A stretch of 63,817 nt of DNA, the filler included, from Fonticula-like sp. SCN 57-25 (Eukaryota), in the NCBI GenBank assembly GCA_001724245.1. It is 6 parts of 6 records of this genome, joined end to end, with 100 filler letters (N's around TTAATTAATTAA, not from the genome) between each part and the next. Parts side by side here need not be neighbours in the genome. Positions count along the whole stretch, not along the records: positions 1 to 10,629 come from MEDX01000221.1; positions 10,730 to 21,342 come from MEDX01000222.1; 4 more parts are not named here. One strand, given 5' to 3'. The notes under the pieces were generated by a model, which was not told where the DNA came from, searched no databases, and saw nothing but the letters and a program-made list of their open reading frames with translations. The stretch's first letter is position 1, and each line of letters starts with the position of its first letter. This document shows, piece after piece, positions 1 through 12,007 of this stretch. The translations under genes and the position numbers were made by a program.

Positions 1-179
1 GATGCCTCGGACTATTCATTCAAATCGGATACTGTTCTGCTGCTCTCAAAGCACGCATATCAAATACGATAATATAGAAATATATAACCCAATATAACAT
101 AATCAAAAATGCCAAATCCATAATAAACATCAACAACTCAACAAACCTTCATAATACATCATTGAAATCAGAAATCGTC

Positions 180-1805
180 TCACGTGGCCAGCGCCCCCGT
201 CTCAATCGCCATCGGCGGCCGTTCCTTTCTCTTCCGCCGCGTCGTCCCCTTTCCATCCTTCCGACGCAGTCCATCATTCGAACTGTCCTGATTTGGGCTC
301 TGATCGTCCTGATTTCCTTGATTCTGGGTGTCATTTTGAGACTGATTTCCCTGAATCTGCCCCTGATTCTGCCCCTGATTCGCCTCATTCATGGCCTGAT
401 TACTCCGATTCATGTTCTGATTGCTCTGATTGGCGCGCTTCCTCGCGGCCGTCCCGTGGTGTCTCCTCCCATGCTCCCTGTGCGCATTCACGCGCCGCTC
501 TGACACCTCCTCCACGTGGCCGTCATTCTCCTTTAACGGCGAGCTCAGTTCATCGAGACTCCTAAACCTTCCCGACGCCCTCAATGACCGTCTCGCCTGC
601 AGCTGCGAAACGGGCAAGTCCTGCCCTGCAATGCTGTCCGCCACGTTGTGCTGCGCGACGACCGACGGCGACGGCGATCTTGAAGTGGCGTTTTGCGCGC
701 CGTTATTGACCGGGCTGCCCGCCGCGGCGCGCTTCTTTGACCGCGCCGACAGCTGCGAGAGCGACCTTGTGAGGCTCTTGGCGCGGTTGATGGACGCCTG
801 GCGGAAGACGGCAAAGCCGCCGGCGGTGTTGAAGCCGAATTTCTCGCGGACGCGCGTCCAGAGCGTGCACGCAAAGACGACCTCGGGGCGGCTAATCATG
901 AGCTTGAGCGCCTCGACGACGTTGCGGTGGCACTCGAGATCCTTGGCGCCGGCGGGCGACATGAAGCTGGGCGCAAAGACGAGCGCGAGGTTGGTGGCGT
1001 TCATGCGGCCCTGCGTGAGCGTGATGCTGTTGAGGAGGCGGAAAAGGGCCTCGCAAAAGTCGCGGTTGGCGGTGGGGAGCGCGAGGTAGAGGAGCTGCAT
1101 CGTGTTGAGAACGGCGTCGGGATCGTCGTCGGCCGAGGATCGCGCGGCGGCGGCGGCGATGCGCTCAAACTGATCCGTGATGAGCGGCTCGGGGAGGAGG
1201 CGCAGGTACGTCTTGACGAGGCTCGCAATGTCGTGGACCTTGACGTGGCCGGATTCGAGCTGGAGGTTTTCAAGATCGACGTAGGGATCGCGCTCAATCA
1301 GCAGGCGCAGCTCAGTGGTGCGCTTGACAGAGCCGGAAAGGCGAAAGATGCCGTCCATGCCGATGCGATCGGGGTGGGCGATAAAGTCGAGCATCGAGCT
1401 AAGGGGGCGGGGGATGCGCAGGCGGTAGGGGCCGTGCTCGACAGAGAGGCGGCGCAGCGTCGCATCAAGCGACGAGCCAAAGATCATGCCGGCATCGCCG
1501 GAATGCGTGGCGGGATGATAATGCGCGGGGCGCGCGACATTGATCTCGCGGGCGCGCTCCTTTTCGCGCGCGCGCGCGTCGTGCTGGCCGAGGCGCAGCA
1601 GGCGTCGGAGAATGGTCACCCAGGACATGCTCGAGCCGACCGGGAGCGTGTCCGAGGAGAAAACGAGATGCACGCCCGTGGCGTCCAGCAGCTGATTAAG
1701 CGCCCAGCCGCGCATGGCGGTAAGCTCGTCGAGCGAGAGCGACGAGACGGGGCGCGCGCCGTACGCGACGGTAGGCGAGCGCGGCCTCGAGTCGGCCATC
1801 GTCAT
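180..1805 (-). CDS. RhoGAP domain protein with a Gln/Asn-rich C-terminal tail
   Basis: IFGSSL...GMDGIFRLSGS (arginine finger)...HDIASLVKTYLRLLPEPLI...RMNATNLALVFAPSF are RhoGAP motifs. First ATG is at 1805 (the ORF track starts at an upstream GTG). Confidence 0.88.
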   Translation of the reverse strand: MTMADSRPRSPTVAYGARPVSSLSLDELTAMRGWALNQLLDATGVHLVFSSDTLPVGSSMSWVTILRRLLRLGQHDARAREKERAREINVARPAHYHPATHSGDAGMIFGSSLDATLRRLSVEHGPYRLRIPRPLSSMLDFIAHPDRIGMDGIFRLSGSVKRTTELRLLIERDPYVDLENLQLESGHVKVHDIASLVKTYLRLLPEPLITDQFERIAAAAARSSADDDPDAVLNTMQLLYLALPTANRDFCEALFRLLNSITLTQGRMNATNLALVFAPSFMSPAGAKDLECHRNVVEALKLMISRPEVVFACTLWTRVREKFGFNTAGGFAVFRQASINRAKSLTRSLSQLSARSKKRAAAGSPVNNGAQNATSRSPSPSVVAQHNVADSIAGQDLPVSQLQARRSLRASGRFRSLDELSSPLKENDGHVEEVSERRVNAHREHGRRHHGTAARKRANQSNQNMNRSNQAMNEANQGQNQGQIQGNQSQNDTQNQGNQDDQSPNQDSSNDGLRRKDGKGTTRRKRKERPPMAIETGALAT

Positions 1806-2735
1806 CGGCGGAATGTTTGTGCGATCAGAGAGCAACACCACCAGGGCAAGCTCGGCGCGAGGTGGAGTAGAAGAGTGGGATGGGAAAAAGCAACGGAGAG
1901 AAAAGGAAGGGGAGAAAGAGAGGAGAAGTGTCGCTGGAAGGGACTCCTTATCAAAAGTTCGGTGGTTTCCCCTCGCGCGGCGCCGATACTCTCCTACCGA
2001 TCACGGGCAATCTCCCTAGCAAGTGGCAACGCCTCTTCTGTGGGTGGCACAGAAAAAAGGAGTCATCGACACAACACGGACGGGGGTGTGCACACCCCGG
2101 AAAGGAGGGGTTTCAGAGGAGGAAAGAGCGTGGGGGGGTGGCAGAGCTCACCTCGAAACCACCTTCCTCTTTGGGATGACCCGCATTCTTTTCACTGGTG
2201 GATGACGTAAGCGGATGTGGGCTGCGAGGGAAACCACCGGGGGGAAACAGTGGCTACTGTGACTATGTATTTGTGAATAAAAGTGAGGAAAATGGACAGA
2301 TACACAACATAATTATACTGTTGAAGAGCAGGTTTGAATAGAGACCTAGTGTTGTAAATTGAACAAACAAAACACGTAATCACAATTGCAACCGTTACGT
2401 CATGCTGCTGCGATGCTGAGCTGTGCAACTGATCTTTTCGAAGACAACGACAAGTAAATAGATACACATAAGCGTTGCAAAAGGGTTAAAAGTGTAGGGA
2501 AAGGTGTATATTGGTGCAATATGTGCTGCACAACGTGCTCAAAACAACAACAAAAATGGTCGGAATTCGCGCCGCGATACCGAGCGGGCGAGCTCTAGTT
2601 TTGAAAGAGGCTGGAAAAGCGCCTCAAAAAGGGGCAGAAAAGGCATAAAAAATAATAAAAACTAATAATGAACGCGCCATAGCGTTCACTTGCTTGAGAT
2701 ATGAATACATGATGTGTCGTCCACTGCTACACGGG

Positions 2736-3272
2736 TCATACGTCAAAGAACTCTCTTGGTGCATGATCGGGGTGCTTGCCCTTGGGCTTTGACCTGATCG
2801 ACTTGTAATATGCGCGCATCTCTAGCTTTGACATGACAGGCACGGGCGCCTCGTGGCTCCACTCCTTGACCAGCCTAGCATCGTGATGTCAGCATCGGGA
2901 TCGGGATCGGGCAGGGTGCGTACTGAACGGGCTCGGCCACCGGCTCCCTGGGCTGCCGCTGCACGTTGCGGTAGAGCTCCCGCCAGTTTTCCTTGCGGTC
3001 CTTTGCCGACATTCTATAGCGGCGAGATCAGGGCGCGGTCATCGAATCGCATGACGGCATGCCACGTACACGGAAGGTCGGAACTGGGGCTCCCACCAGC
3101 GCTCCATGCAGAGCCGCCACCACACATAGTTGAGCGCGGCCAGACGCGACCAGCGCTTGTTCACACGGGCAAAGTTGGTCAAGTCGCGCGCGTCAAGGTA
3201 GTGCAGGATCTTTTGCTGCAGCTCGCGCGGCAGGCTCGCCAGATGATCGACCTGCTTCTGAACCAACGACAT
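2736..3272 (-). CDS. Small F-box protein, about 3 exons
   Basis: LASLPRELQQKILHYLDARDLTNFARVNKRW is an F-box. Two GTACG..AG introns join it to a KENWRELY exon and a final exon ending ...EMRAYYKSIRSKPKGKHPDHAPREFFDV*. Confidence 0.75.
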
Positions 3273-3954
3273 GGCCACGTGGTAAAGTGGTGACTGCTGA
3301 CCGGCATCATCGACGAGGGGGTTATAAGCGACAGAAAAGCATCAAAAGAACACGTTTTTGTGGGTTACTTTTCTAGTGCAGCACGCTGCTTGCCTTTGAC
3401 TATGGCACAGCATACGTCTTTGTTATAAGGGCATCCGTCCTCTCGCCCATAGTTTTCGCTTTCGAGTGCCAAGTGAAAAGCAAACGGCAATTCAGTTTGT
3501 ACCCTGAACTTCGAACAGACCATGAAGTGGACATTTTCAAGGGACGAAAAGAGCGCAAGTGGAATAGACAACAGGTAAAGAAGAAATAACATTGTACATT
3601 CATCAGTTATTAAGCTTTCAAAACGACATCTAATAATACCATTAAGTGTCCTTTTATGATAATGATAGGTAAACAAATATGAGCCAGGATGCTGCACTGA
3701 TATGCCATATATATTGATTGGTTGCGATAGCGATTTGCCATATGGAGGAACAAACAAACACTGATGGAAAATAAATCCTAGCTCGGTGGAGCCTGAAATG
3801 CTATGGAACCAGCAACTAACTAATTCACGATAATCCAAAGAAAACGAGTCCTGGAAAATCGGCGAGGGAGCAATGACTCTGCGATTTCATGTAAAACAGG
3901 AAAACGCAAGCAAAACTACAAATTGACCAAAGAGATATAAGAAAAGGGACGGTC

Positions 3955-6900
3955 TCAAGCATCCATCGGCGCCAGCCTAGCGCTGATGATCGAAGCAGAC
4001 GGGCGGCTGGTGGGCTCAAACGACAAGGCGCCCTGAATGGTGCCCAGCAGGGAAAGCGGCAGATCGGTCAAGGTCTGCGCGTCCGAAACGAGCGACTTGC
4101 CGCTCAACACAGCGTTGCCGATTTCATAGTCCGACATCGCGCCCCACGGCGCCTTGCCGGAAGCGAGCTCGTGAAGGACCACGCCAAGCGAGTAGATATC
4201 CGAGGCGAGCTCCATCTGAACCCCGCAGTCGACCTTGCTGCCGTCGCGCGCGGCCTGCAGCACCTCGGGCGCAGCATAGCGCGGGTTGACGTTGAGCGGC
4301 GGCACGTAAACAACATTGTCATCGATCTCTGAGCGCGACTGGCTAAAGCCGCCGAGCAAGGCCGTGAACAGGGGCGACTCGCCGCTCGGCTCCTGAACAA
4401 AGATGTTGGCCGACTGAATGTTGCGGTGCGCAATGGTCAGCGAATGCATCGCACTGACGGCCGAGGCAATGTTTGCAGCAAAGTGGTTCAGCTGATTGGC
4501 CGGCATGGGACGCGGGGTCTCTTGCACAAAGCGCGCCAGGTTGGATTTGAACGCGCGCGTCATCACTGCCCGCGGCTCGTCCGTGTAGGCCAGGATGCTC
4601 ACGACGTTGGGGTGGAACGAGAGCGACCACATAATCGACACCTCGTGGTGGAAGCGCTCATTGTTATCGGCCGCGGAGAGGTGCTCGACGTTTTCGTAGT
4701 TGCGCATCATGACGCGCGCCATGCCGATACGCGTCGCCACGGGCAGGTCAATGATGGCCGCGTGGTAGGCGTTGTCGCCCGCGTCAGAGACGATTCGCTC
4801 GCCAGGCTGCACCGTCGCCGCATAGTCCACCAGCAAGAAACCAGGCAGCGCAATTTCCAGTGTCGTGTTCACAACCGTCTTGTCTGCCTCCCAAAGGTGA
4901 ATCGTTTTGTCGGCATGGCTCATGCTGCTCTGCGATCGGGCAATCTCCCTGCGATACGCGTTCAAGGCAATTACCGATTCGGTACCGCCAAACTCATTTA
5001 GCAGCTTGTTCGTCGTCTTCTGACGACGGCGAAGGACCACAAACACAACAATGGCCACCAAGATGAGCGCGACAACGGCAGCAGCGCTCGCGGCAGCAAT
5101 CACCGTTCCGTTCGTGCCAAGACCCGGATCCTCGATAACATTGTCCGTCGATGACTTGGTCGTCACAACCAGCCGCGCGCCCACCTGCTCAGTCTCGTTG
5201 CCCTTGCCCGCAAGCACAAGCACCTCGTACGAGCCGCCCGACTCCAAGTCAGTAACCTCGACCGAGCCAGCAGACGAATCCAACTGCGTGAAGAGATCAA
5301 AACCGTCCGTCACGGCGCGCGCTCCGCCAATCGTCCTCGTGTACACGGCGTAAAACTCGGCCAGCGCCGACGGCGTCCAGCTCAGCTTCAGCGACGATGT
5401 CGTCGACTCGTCCAGCTTCAGGCCCGTCGCCGGCGAGATGTACGTCGTCGCCGACTTGATCGAGCCCGACCCGTCGTTGTAGCCCCACTGCACGTCACCC
5501 ATCGTGATCCGGAAATAGTAGAACGTGTCCGGCGACAGGCCGCGGATCACAATGCGCGTCTCCGTGAAACCAACAGCCGCTGGAAAACGAAGGTGTTAGC
5601 ACAGCTGCAATTAAGTAGCGTGTAGTGCGGCGCACAGTTCGAGTTGGCGATTACGTAGTTTTGGTCGCCCGACGACACCTCGGCGCGAAACGTCGAGTTC
5701 GCCGTCATGTTGACCGCGCTCCAGCTCAGCGTCACGTCCGTCGATGTCTTGCTCTCAATTGTCAGGTTGTACACTTCGGCATCGCTCGAGATTGGGACTG
5801 TCAACGTGTGAGCTGAGCACAAAGAAATACAAACGCCGCTTTCATACCGTATACGCAGGCGTTGCTGTACGACACCTCCCACGTGCCGTTCTCCTGGCAC
5901 TCGCGCATCGGCGGACCAGCAGCAGACTCGGTGAACCCATAGCCACACGATCCAACGCTGCTTGTTCCTGGCTCGGCCTCGGGGAAGTACACGCCCTCCA
6001 GACCCTCGTTCGGGCAGTTGTCGTATTTGATGCGGCAAGGGTCCATCACAGTTGCGTTCCATGCACCCGTCATCAGGCAAGCGCGACGCGGCACACCCGT
6101 AAAACCGCTCAAGCACGTGCCATATCCGACGTCGCCAGCGCGCGTCTCGACCCAGTTGGCGTTGTCTGCGAGACCGGCAGGGCACGTCACCGCAGTGCAC
6201 GGATAGTAGATGGGACCCCACGCGCCCGTCGCAGAACACTCGCGCGTCGGCGACCCAATATAGCCAGCAATGCACGTGCCATGCACAGGGACGCTCGGCG
6301 CCGACGACTCTGGCCAATCCGCGCCGTCCTCTTCTAGCGCCGCGCACTTGATCGCGATGCAGGGGTTCATCACAGCGCCCCACGACCCGTTGAGATCGCA
6401 CGTGCGCGACGGGCTGCCGGCGTATCCAATGTCGCAAGTACCGGCGACTACGCTGCCGGCCGACGTCATGGGCCAGTTCACGTGGTCCATCGATTGCGAT
6501 CCGCACGTAATCGCATGGCACGAGCCGAAAAAGCCCGCCCACGTCCCGTCGGAACGGCAGTCACGCACAGGTGAGCCTGTCGTGCCCGGCGGGCACGTTC
6601 CGGGCACGTTGGTCGTTCCGCTCAAAGCAGACTCCCACGAGCCGTTCGCGCCTTCGTTTACAGCAGGGCAGGTGATGCGCGCGCACGGATTGGCAACCGT
6701 CGACGAGTACTTGCCATCCGCCGAGCAGTTGCGCAGCGGCACGCCTTGCCAGCCCTCAACGCACGTCCCGCGAACGTCGTCCGTCATAGAGTCAGCAGCC
6801 GGCCATGTCGCCGACTGATACGTCCCCGCAGCACAACGGCGACGCGTGCACGAGCCCGTCGGGGCGTCCCATGTGGCGCTGCCCGAGCAGAGACGCGACG

Positions 6901-9900
6901 GACCAGGCGACGACGGGCCAAAACCGTCGACGCACGCGCCCACGGCAACTGAGCCAGACGAGGTAGCAGGCCAGATGATGTTGTTGCTTGTCTCAGCCGG
7001 GCACGATTGCACGTCGCACGATCCCGAGATTTGGCCCCACACGCCGTCGGACGAGCACGTCCTCGTCACCACGCCCACGTAGCCGCTCTGACACACGCCC
7101 GACACAGTTGCACCGCCCACCGTCTCGGGCCAGTCCGCATTGCCGTCCGACCGCGCGCCGCACTTCTTGGGACCGCATGGTGAGCTCACCGCGCCCCACT
7201 GGCCGGTGATCGAGCAATTGCGCTGCGGAAAACCTTCAAACCCGCCGAGGCAAGTGCCCGTTGCAATGCTGCCAGCCGCGGTGGACGACCAGGACGCGCG
7301 CGCGCCGTCGTCCGGGATGGCCGGGCACGCAATCTGGTTGCAGAGCGGCGACGGCGTGTTCCACTCGCCCGTCAGCGAGCAGCTCCGCGTCGTCGGCCCC
7401 GTGTAGCCGGCCGCGCACGTCCCTGTTGCAGAATATCCCGCCTGCACCGTCTCCGGCCAGTCGGCGTTGTAGGGCAGGTACCCGGGCGCAGCCTTGGAGC
7501 AGTAGATCGGCGTGCAGGGGTCAATGATTGTGGTGTTCCATGTGCCATCGTTCATGCAGAGGCGCGACGGCGTCCCGGTCGACAAATACCCGGCGACGCA
7601 CGTGCCGTTCACAACAGTGTTCACGTCACCCGCCTTTGGCCAGTTGGCGTGCTCGTCATTGGTCAGTGCCGCGCAAGGGGTTGTCGAGCACGCGTTGGTC
7701 ACCTCTGACCATGTCCCGTTGTAGAAGCAGCTGCGCCGCGGCTGGCCTGACATGCCCTCATAGCACTCGCCCAGGATGAGCATGTCGCCGGCCGGCGCCT
7801 CGTTCCACCGGGCAAGTGCCGATGAATCGTTCGTTGCAGGACACTTGAGCTCTGTAAAACATGTAAGAAAAAAAGTACCAGGGCGCACAACACGTACGGA
7901 CACACACCGAGCCACCGATCGAGCCCCAGGTACCCGTTGTGTTGCAGCTACGCGTCGGCGCGCCGTCCCAGCCTTCGTCGCAAGCGCCCACCACATCCAC
8001 GCTTCCGGCATTCGACGACGACCACGTCGCGCGCTGCTCGCGGACCTGTACGCACTGGATCGGCTGGCAGGAGTTGATGATCGGGCCAAATGAGCCGTCC
8101 GCCCCGCACTCACGCACCGGGTTCCCCAAGTAGCCCGCGACGCACGTCCCGGTCGTCTGCGTCAGCGAGTTGGTCATTGTCCACATCGCGTTGCCCTCCG
8201 TGACATTGGCGCACTGCAGGCGCACACACGCGGTGGCAAGCGTCGCCCAGTTGCCGTGCATGTCGCAGCTGCGGACGGCTTGGCCGCCATAGCCCGATCC
8301 GCAGGGCGCGCTCACGTTCGCCGTACCGGCAGCGGTGAGCGGCCAGTCTGCGTGGTCCAGTTGCGACGCCGGGCAGTAAATCTGCACACACGGGTTCGAG
8401 ATGGCACCCCAATCACCGGCTCCCGTGCACTCGCGAGAGGGCGAGCCACTAAATCCAGGCTGACAGGTACCCACAGCAACAGTGTTTGAGAGCGTGTTGC
8501 CGGGCCACACGGTGTTGTTGGACGTTTCGGCGGGGCACAGGATGCGGTTGCACAGCGGAGCATCCACGGTCAAAGACCATTCGCCCGTAATGAGGCAGTC
8601 GCGCTTTGGGGCACCCGAGTAACCAGACTCGCACGAGCCTGTGGCAGTTGCGCCTGCATTCGTCAGACCCCAGCTTGCATTCGCGTAGCTGCCCGCGGCG
8701 CACTTGAGCTGCACGCAGCTCCCGATCACCGCTCCAAACGAGCCAGACGACAAACAGGGGCGCGACGGAGCGCCGGCATACCCGCTCGAGCAGTTCACCG
8801 CCGCAGTGGCAAAGGCGTTTGTGGCCGGCCACACAACATTGTTGACCTCGTCCGTCAGCTGCGCGCAGACCTTGAGGGCGCAGCCTGGCGAGACATCGCC
8901 CCACGTTCCCGACGCAGAACACGTCGCCTGCGGGATTCCCGTGTAGCCATCAACACAGGTGCCCGTCGCCGTCGTCAAGCTATCCGTTTGCGGGAACGCA
9001 GAGTTGTCTCTGGTTGATGCCGCGCACGAGATCCTGGTGCAGGGCGAGGTGGCATTGGTCGCCCACTGCCCGTTATCATCGCAGGCGCGCGTCGCCGAGC
9101 CGGTCCAGCCTAAGTTGCACACGCCCGTGCCCGTCGTCCCCGCATTGACCGGTGAGAATGTTGCGCCGCCGACGTTGTCGGTGGTCGCGGGGCATTGTAG
9201 CTCTGCGGTACAATGGTCAGAATCATGACAAGTGAAGAGTGCCGGCGTACTGGTACACGCCGTGCCCCCGAGAGCTCCCCAAGCGGAAATCGTACACTTT
9301 GAGGTGGGAGCGCCGCCATACGTGGTCGGGCAAGCGCCTACCCCAGTATCTCCGTTGTTGGTAACGGGAAAGTATGCATTGCCCATAGTTGCAGCAGGGC
9401 ACGTTGGAACTGAGAATTAAGTGTCAATGGTTACATAAAATATTGTCGATATCACGTTCACGTACTGGAACAGGACGTTCCGGTTCCGGTGTAGGGAAAG
9501 TTGCATATGCAGGCGTTGTCGATGCACTGCGCGTTCACATCGCATGTGTTGTAGTCAAAGGCGATATAGGGGGCAACATCACGATTACCACGACCCGTTG
9601 ACACGCAGAATTGCCCAAGATCACGAATGTAGTGGCGCAAGGACATCTGTACACCCACTGGTCAGCGCATTTTGGTGGAGCTTATTTAGAACACACGTTT
9701 ACAGTGCTCTGTCGGACGGCGACGTTGAGCATTGTTGCAGAAATATGAACGTGTAATTTCATTTGGTTCCATCTGCTGTTTGATGATATTTAGGTTAGAT
9801 GCGCGCAAGTGTACCAGAGAAACATACACGTCTAGCTCAGACTCGTATGTCGTCGAGCTGGCCTGGGCGCGATAGCTCGTTAGCCGAGGCTGATTGTCCC

Positions 9901-10494
9901 AAGTAATTGTTGCGGGGTCCCTACAGGTCATGATACTCATGTAAGGACTATATCCCGCTTGAAAGGAAACATACCATGTGCTGGACGGAACTTCTGTGAA
10001 AATCCATCCATACGGGAACGTAGTTCCGGCAATTTTACTGGTGCAGTCGAAAAAACCAAGGGACTCGTATAAGACTAGTAGAACTTGGGTGATCCAGTAG
10101 CACAGAATCGCGCTGGTTCAGGCTATAATAAAAAGGACAAAGTACATTTTAAAAATAATCGAAACGCGCAGATTTTTTCGTACGGCAAACGAGGAAATGT
10201 TGATGGAAAAGTAATTCGTGTTATGGAGAGGAGATTGATGAGGTGTCGGCGGGGGTTCAAAAAAACTTGATATGGGCGCGGAGCCGAAGCGGTCGTCAAA
10301 CAACTCAGGACCCCGTGTTACGTGTAGGGTAAGGCTATTAGGCCCTCGTGCAACCCGGTGAGTCTGGCCCGCAGCTACGATCGAAGATGAGCGCATGCGC
10401 GACAAAAGATGCTCAGGTACGTACCGATCGCCAATAGCGCCAGGAGCACGATCGTAGGCGGCAAGCGCCCCGCCTTCCTTCGAGCGCCCGCCAT
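3955..10494 (-). CDS. Multi-exon single-pass receptor pseudokinase: signal peptide, putative DNRLRE/CBM96-like domain, EGF-like module, about 21 four-Cys HRM/Sushi-like repeats, 2 FN3, TM, TKL-type kinase fold
   Basis: Joins ORFs 10375-10596 (MAGARRKAGRLPPTIVLLALLAIG), 9686-9940, 9458-9658 (CDVNAQCIDNACICNFPYTGTGTSC), 7758-9386, 5801-8113, 5547-6542 and 3955-5550 through short introns. Repeat consensus is C-x(9-12)-WP-x(8-10)-G-x-C-xx-GY-x-G-x-P-x-R-x-C-xxx-G-x-W-x(5-7)-C. FN3 motifs GLSPDTFYYFRI and DLESGGSYEV; TM AVVALILVAIVVFVVL then RRR. 5' exon boundaries are approximate. Confidence 0.85.
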
Positions 10495-10629
10495 TGACGC
10501 AGAGGGTCCTGAGAGGGACTGTGGGGTCCCCTCGAAAAGTCTCGTGTCTTTCTTCCCCAAGAAAGGTCGTTGTGATTGGTCAATTGGATTGTCCAATTAT
10601 CGCGCCACAATCGTGCATACCGACATTAT

Positions 10630-10729
10630 NNNNNNNNNNNNNNNNNNNNNNNNNNNNNNNNNNNNNNNNNNNNTTAATTAATTAANNNNNNNNNNNNNNN
10701 NNNNNNNNNNNNNNNNNNNNNNNNNNNNN
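10630..10729. other. Artificial contig-joining linker (N44-TTAATTAATTAA-N44)
   Basis: Identical 100-nt spacer with stop codons in all six frames, present 5 times in the window. Confidence 0.97.
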
Positions 10730-12007
10730 CAGGCGCGGGTCGTTGATGAGCTTGCCGACGGCGTCGCAGAGCGAGGCGGCGTCGTTGGGTTCAAAGAGGA
10801 AGCCGTTTGTGTTGTTCTCGAGAAGGTGCGGGATGCCGCCGGCGTTGCAGCCAACGACGGGGACGCCAGAGGCGAGCGACTCTAGCACGACGTTGCCGAG
10901 CGTTTCAAAGGCAGAAGGGATCACAAAGACGTCGGCGGACGCATACGCTGAGAAGCAGGTGAGCATGGGAAAAAAGGGCCACAAAAAGGACAAAAAATGC
11001 AGGAAAAGCTCACAAAAAGAAGGAAAAATGCCTCAAATAACCACAAAAAGCAAGAAAAAGAGACACATATGCGCATATCGTACCTTGCGAAAGCGCCTCT
11101 CCCGACCAATGCGCGTTACTACAAAAAATGTGCCTTTCAGCCGAGTGGTGGACGAGCCACTTGTCCATGTCCGGCCCCGCGCCCACAATTGCCAAGTAGC
11201 ACTGCGGGTGCGCCTCGAGAATGTTCAGCATGATCTCCATGCTCTTTTCCTTTGCGACGCGGCCGACGTAGAGAATGAGCGGCTGGTCCGGGTGCCCCCA
11301 CGTGAGCTTTTCGCGCATGGCTTGCGACTTGAAGCGCGGGTTAAAGACATCGGTGTCGACGGCCGGCGGCCACACGTCGTCGCAGCGCATGCGTTTGCTG
11401 TGCAGGATTTGCTGCATGGGCCGCGACGGCGTGATGACGCAGTCGCTAAAGTTGTACGAGTATTCAATCCTAGCACGCGAGCGCGCAGGTCAGCAATGGG
11501 ACACGGGAATTTAGGCACGCACCATCCGAGCCAGAAGAGAAGTGAGCGCTGAAAGGCAGGCAGGCGTTCCAAAAAGGCCTGCACGTAAAAATGGTACGAG
11601 CCGATGATGGGCACGTTGTAGTATTTGCAGATGAGCACCATCGGGATAAAGATAAAGTCGGGGCCGATAAAGTGGACGATGTCGGGGGCGAACTGGTTAA
11701 AGATGCGCGACAGAGTCACAATCGGCAAAGGGTACGAAATCATCGACTCGGGGTAGCCTGACGGGACAAAGGCGGGGAGTTTAACAACTTGCGCGCCTTC
11801 AAAGATGTCGCTGGCGCCGTGGATCGGCGTCAGAATCAGTACCTGATGCCCTAGCTCCTGCGGGGATTGCAGGACAAGACCGCGATCAGCGGGGATCAAA
11901 CAAAGAGCAAATGAGCGTACCAGTAGGTTGCGGACATGGTGGCGGGTCCGCAGGGCCACGCCGTCTACCTTTGGGTACATGGCGGGGGCGTACAAAAGGA
12001 CGCGCAT
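10730..12007 (-). CDS. GT4 (GT-B) glycosyltransferase, SqdX/SQD2/MgtA-like; multi-exon, 3' end cut by the contig end
   Basis: MRVLLYAPAMYPKVDGVALR, PIIGSYH, WPPAVDTDVFNP, LILYVGRVAKEK and AYASADVFVIPSAFETLGNVVLESLASGVPVV (ExxxxxxxE motif) are spread over ORFs 11225-12007, 11010-11417 and 10682-10993. Confidence 0.88.

Noticed and set aside
927-2210. Long antisense or alternate-frame ORFs (also 16732-17772, 18431-20005, 29464-30964, 32220-33602, 34550-35878, 41287-42483, 55765-57366, 59383-60696)
   Set aside because: Shadows of GC-rich, codon-biased genes on the opposite strand; no recognisable motifs.
3365-3838. 157-aa ORF between the F-box and kinase genes
   Set aside because: AT-rich, lacks the host codon bias and has no motif; probably UTR or intergenic.
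10674-10685. Recurrent TTAATTAATTAA palindrome as a biological motif
   Set aside because: Always centred in N44 blocks; it is a six-frame-stop assembly linker.
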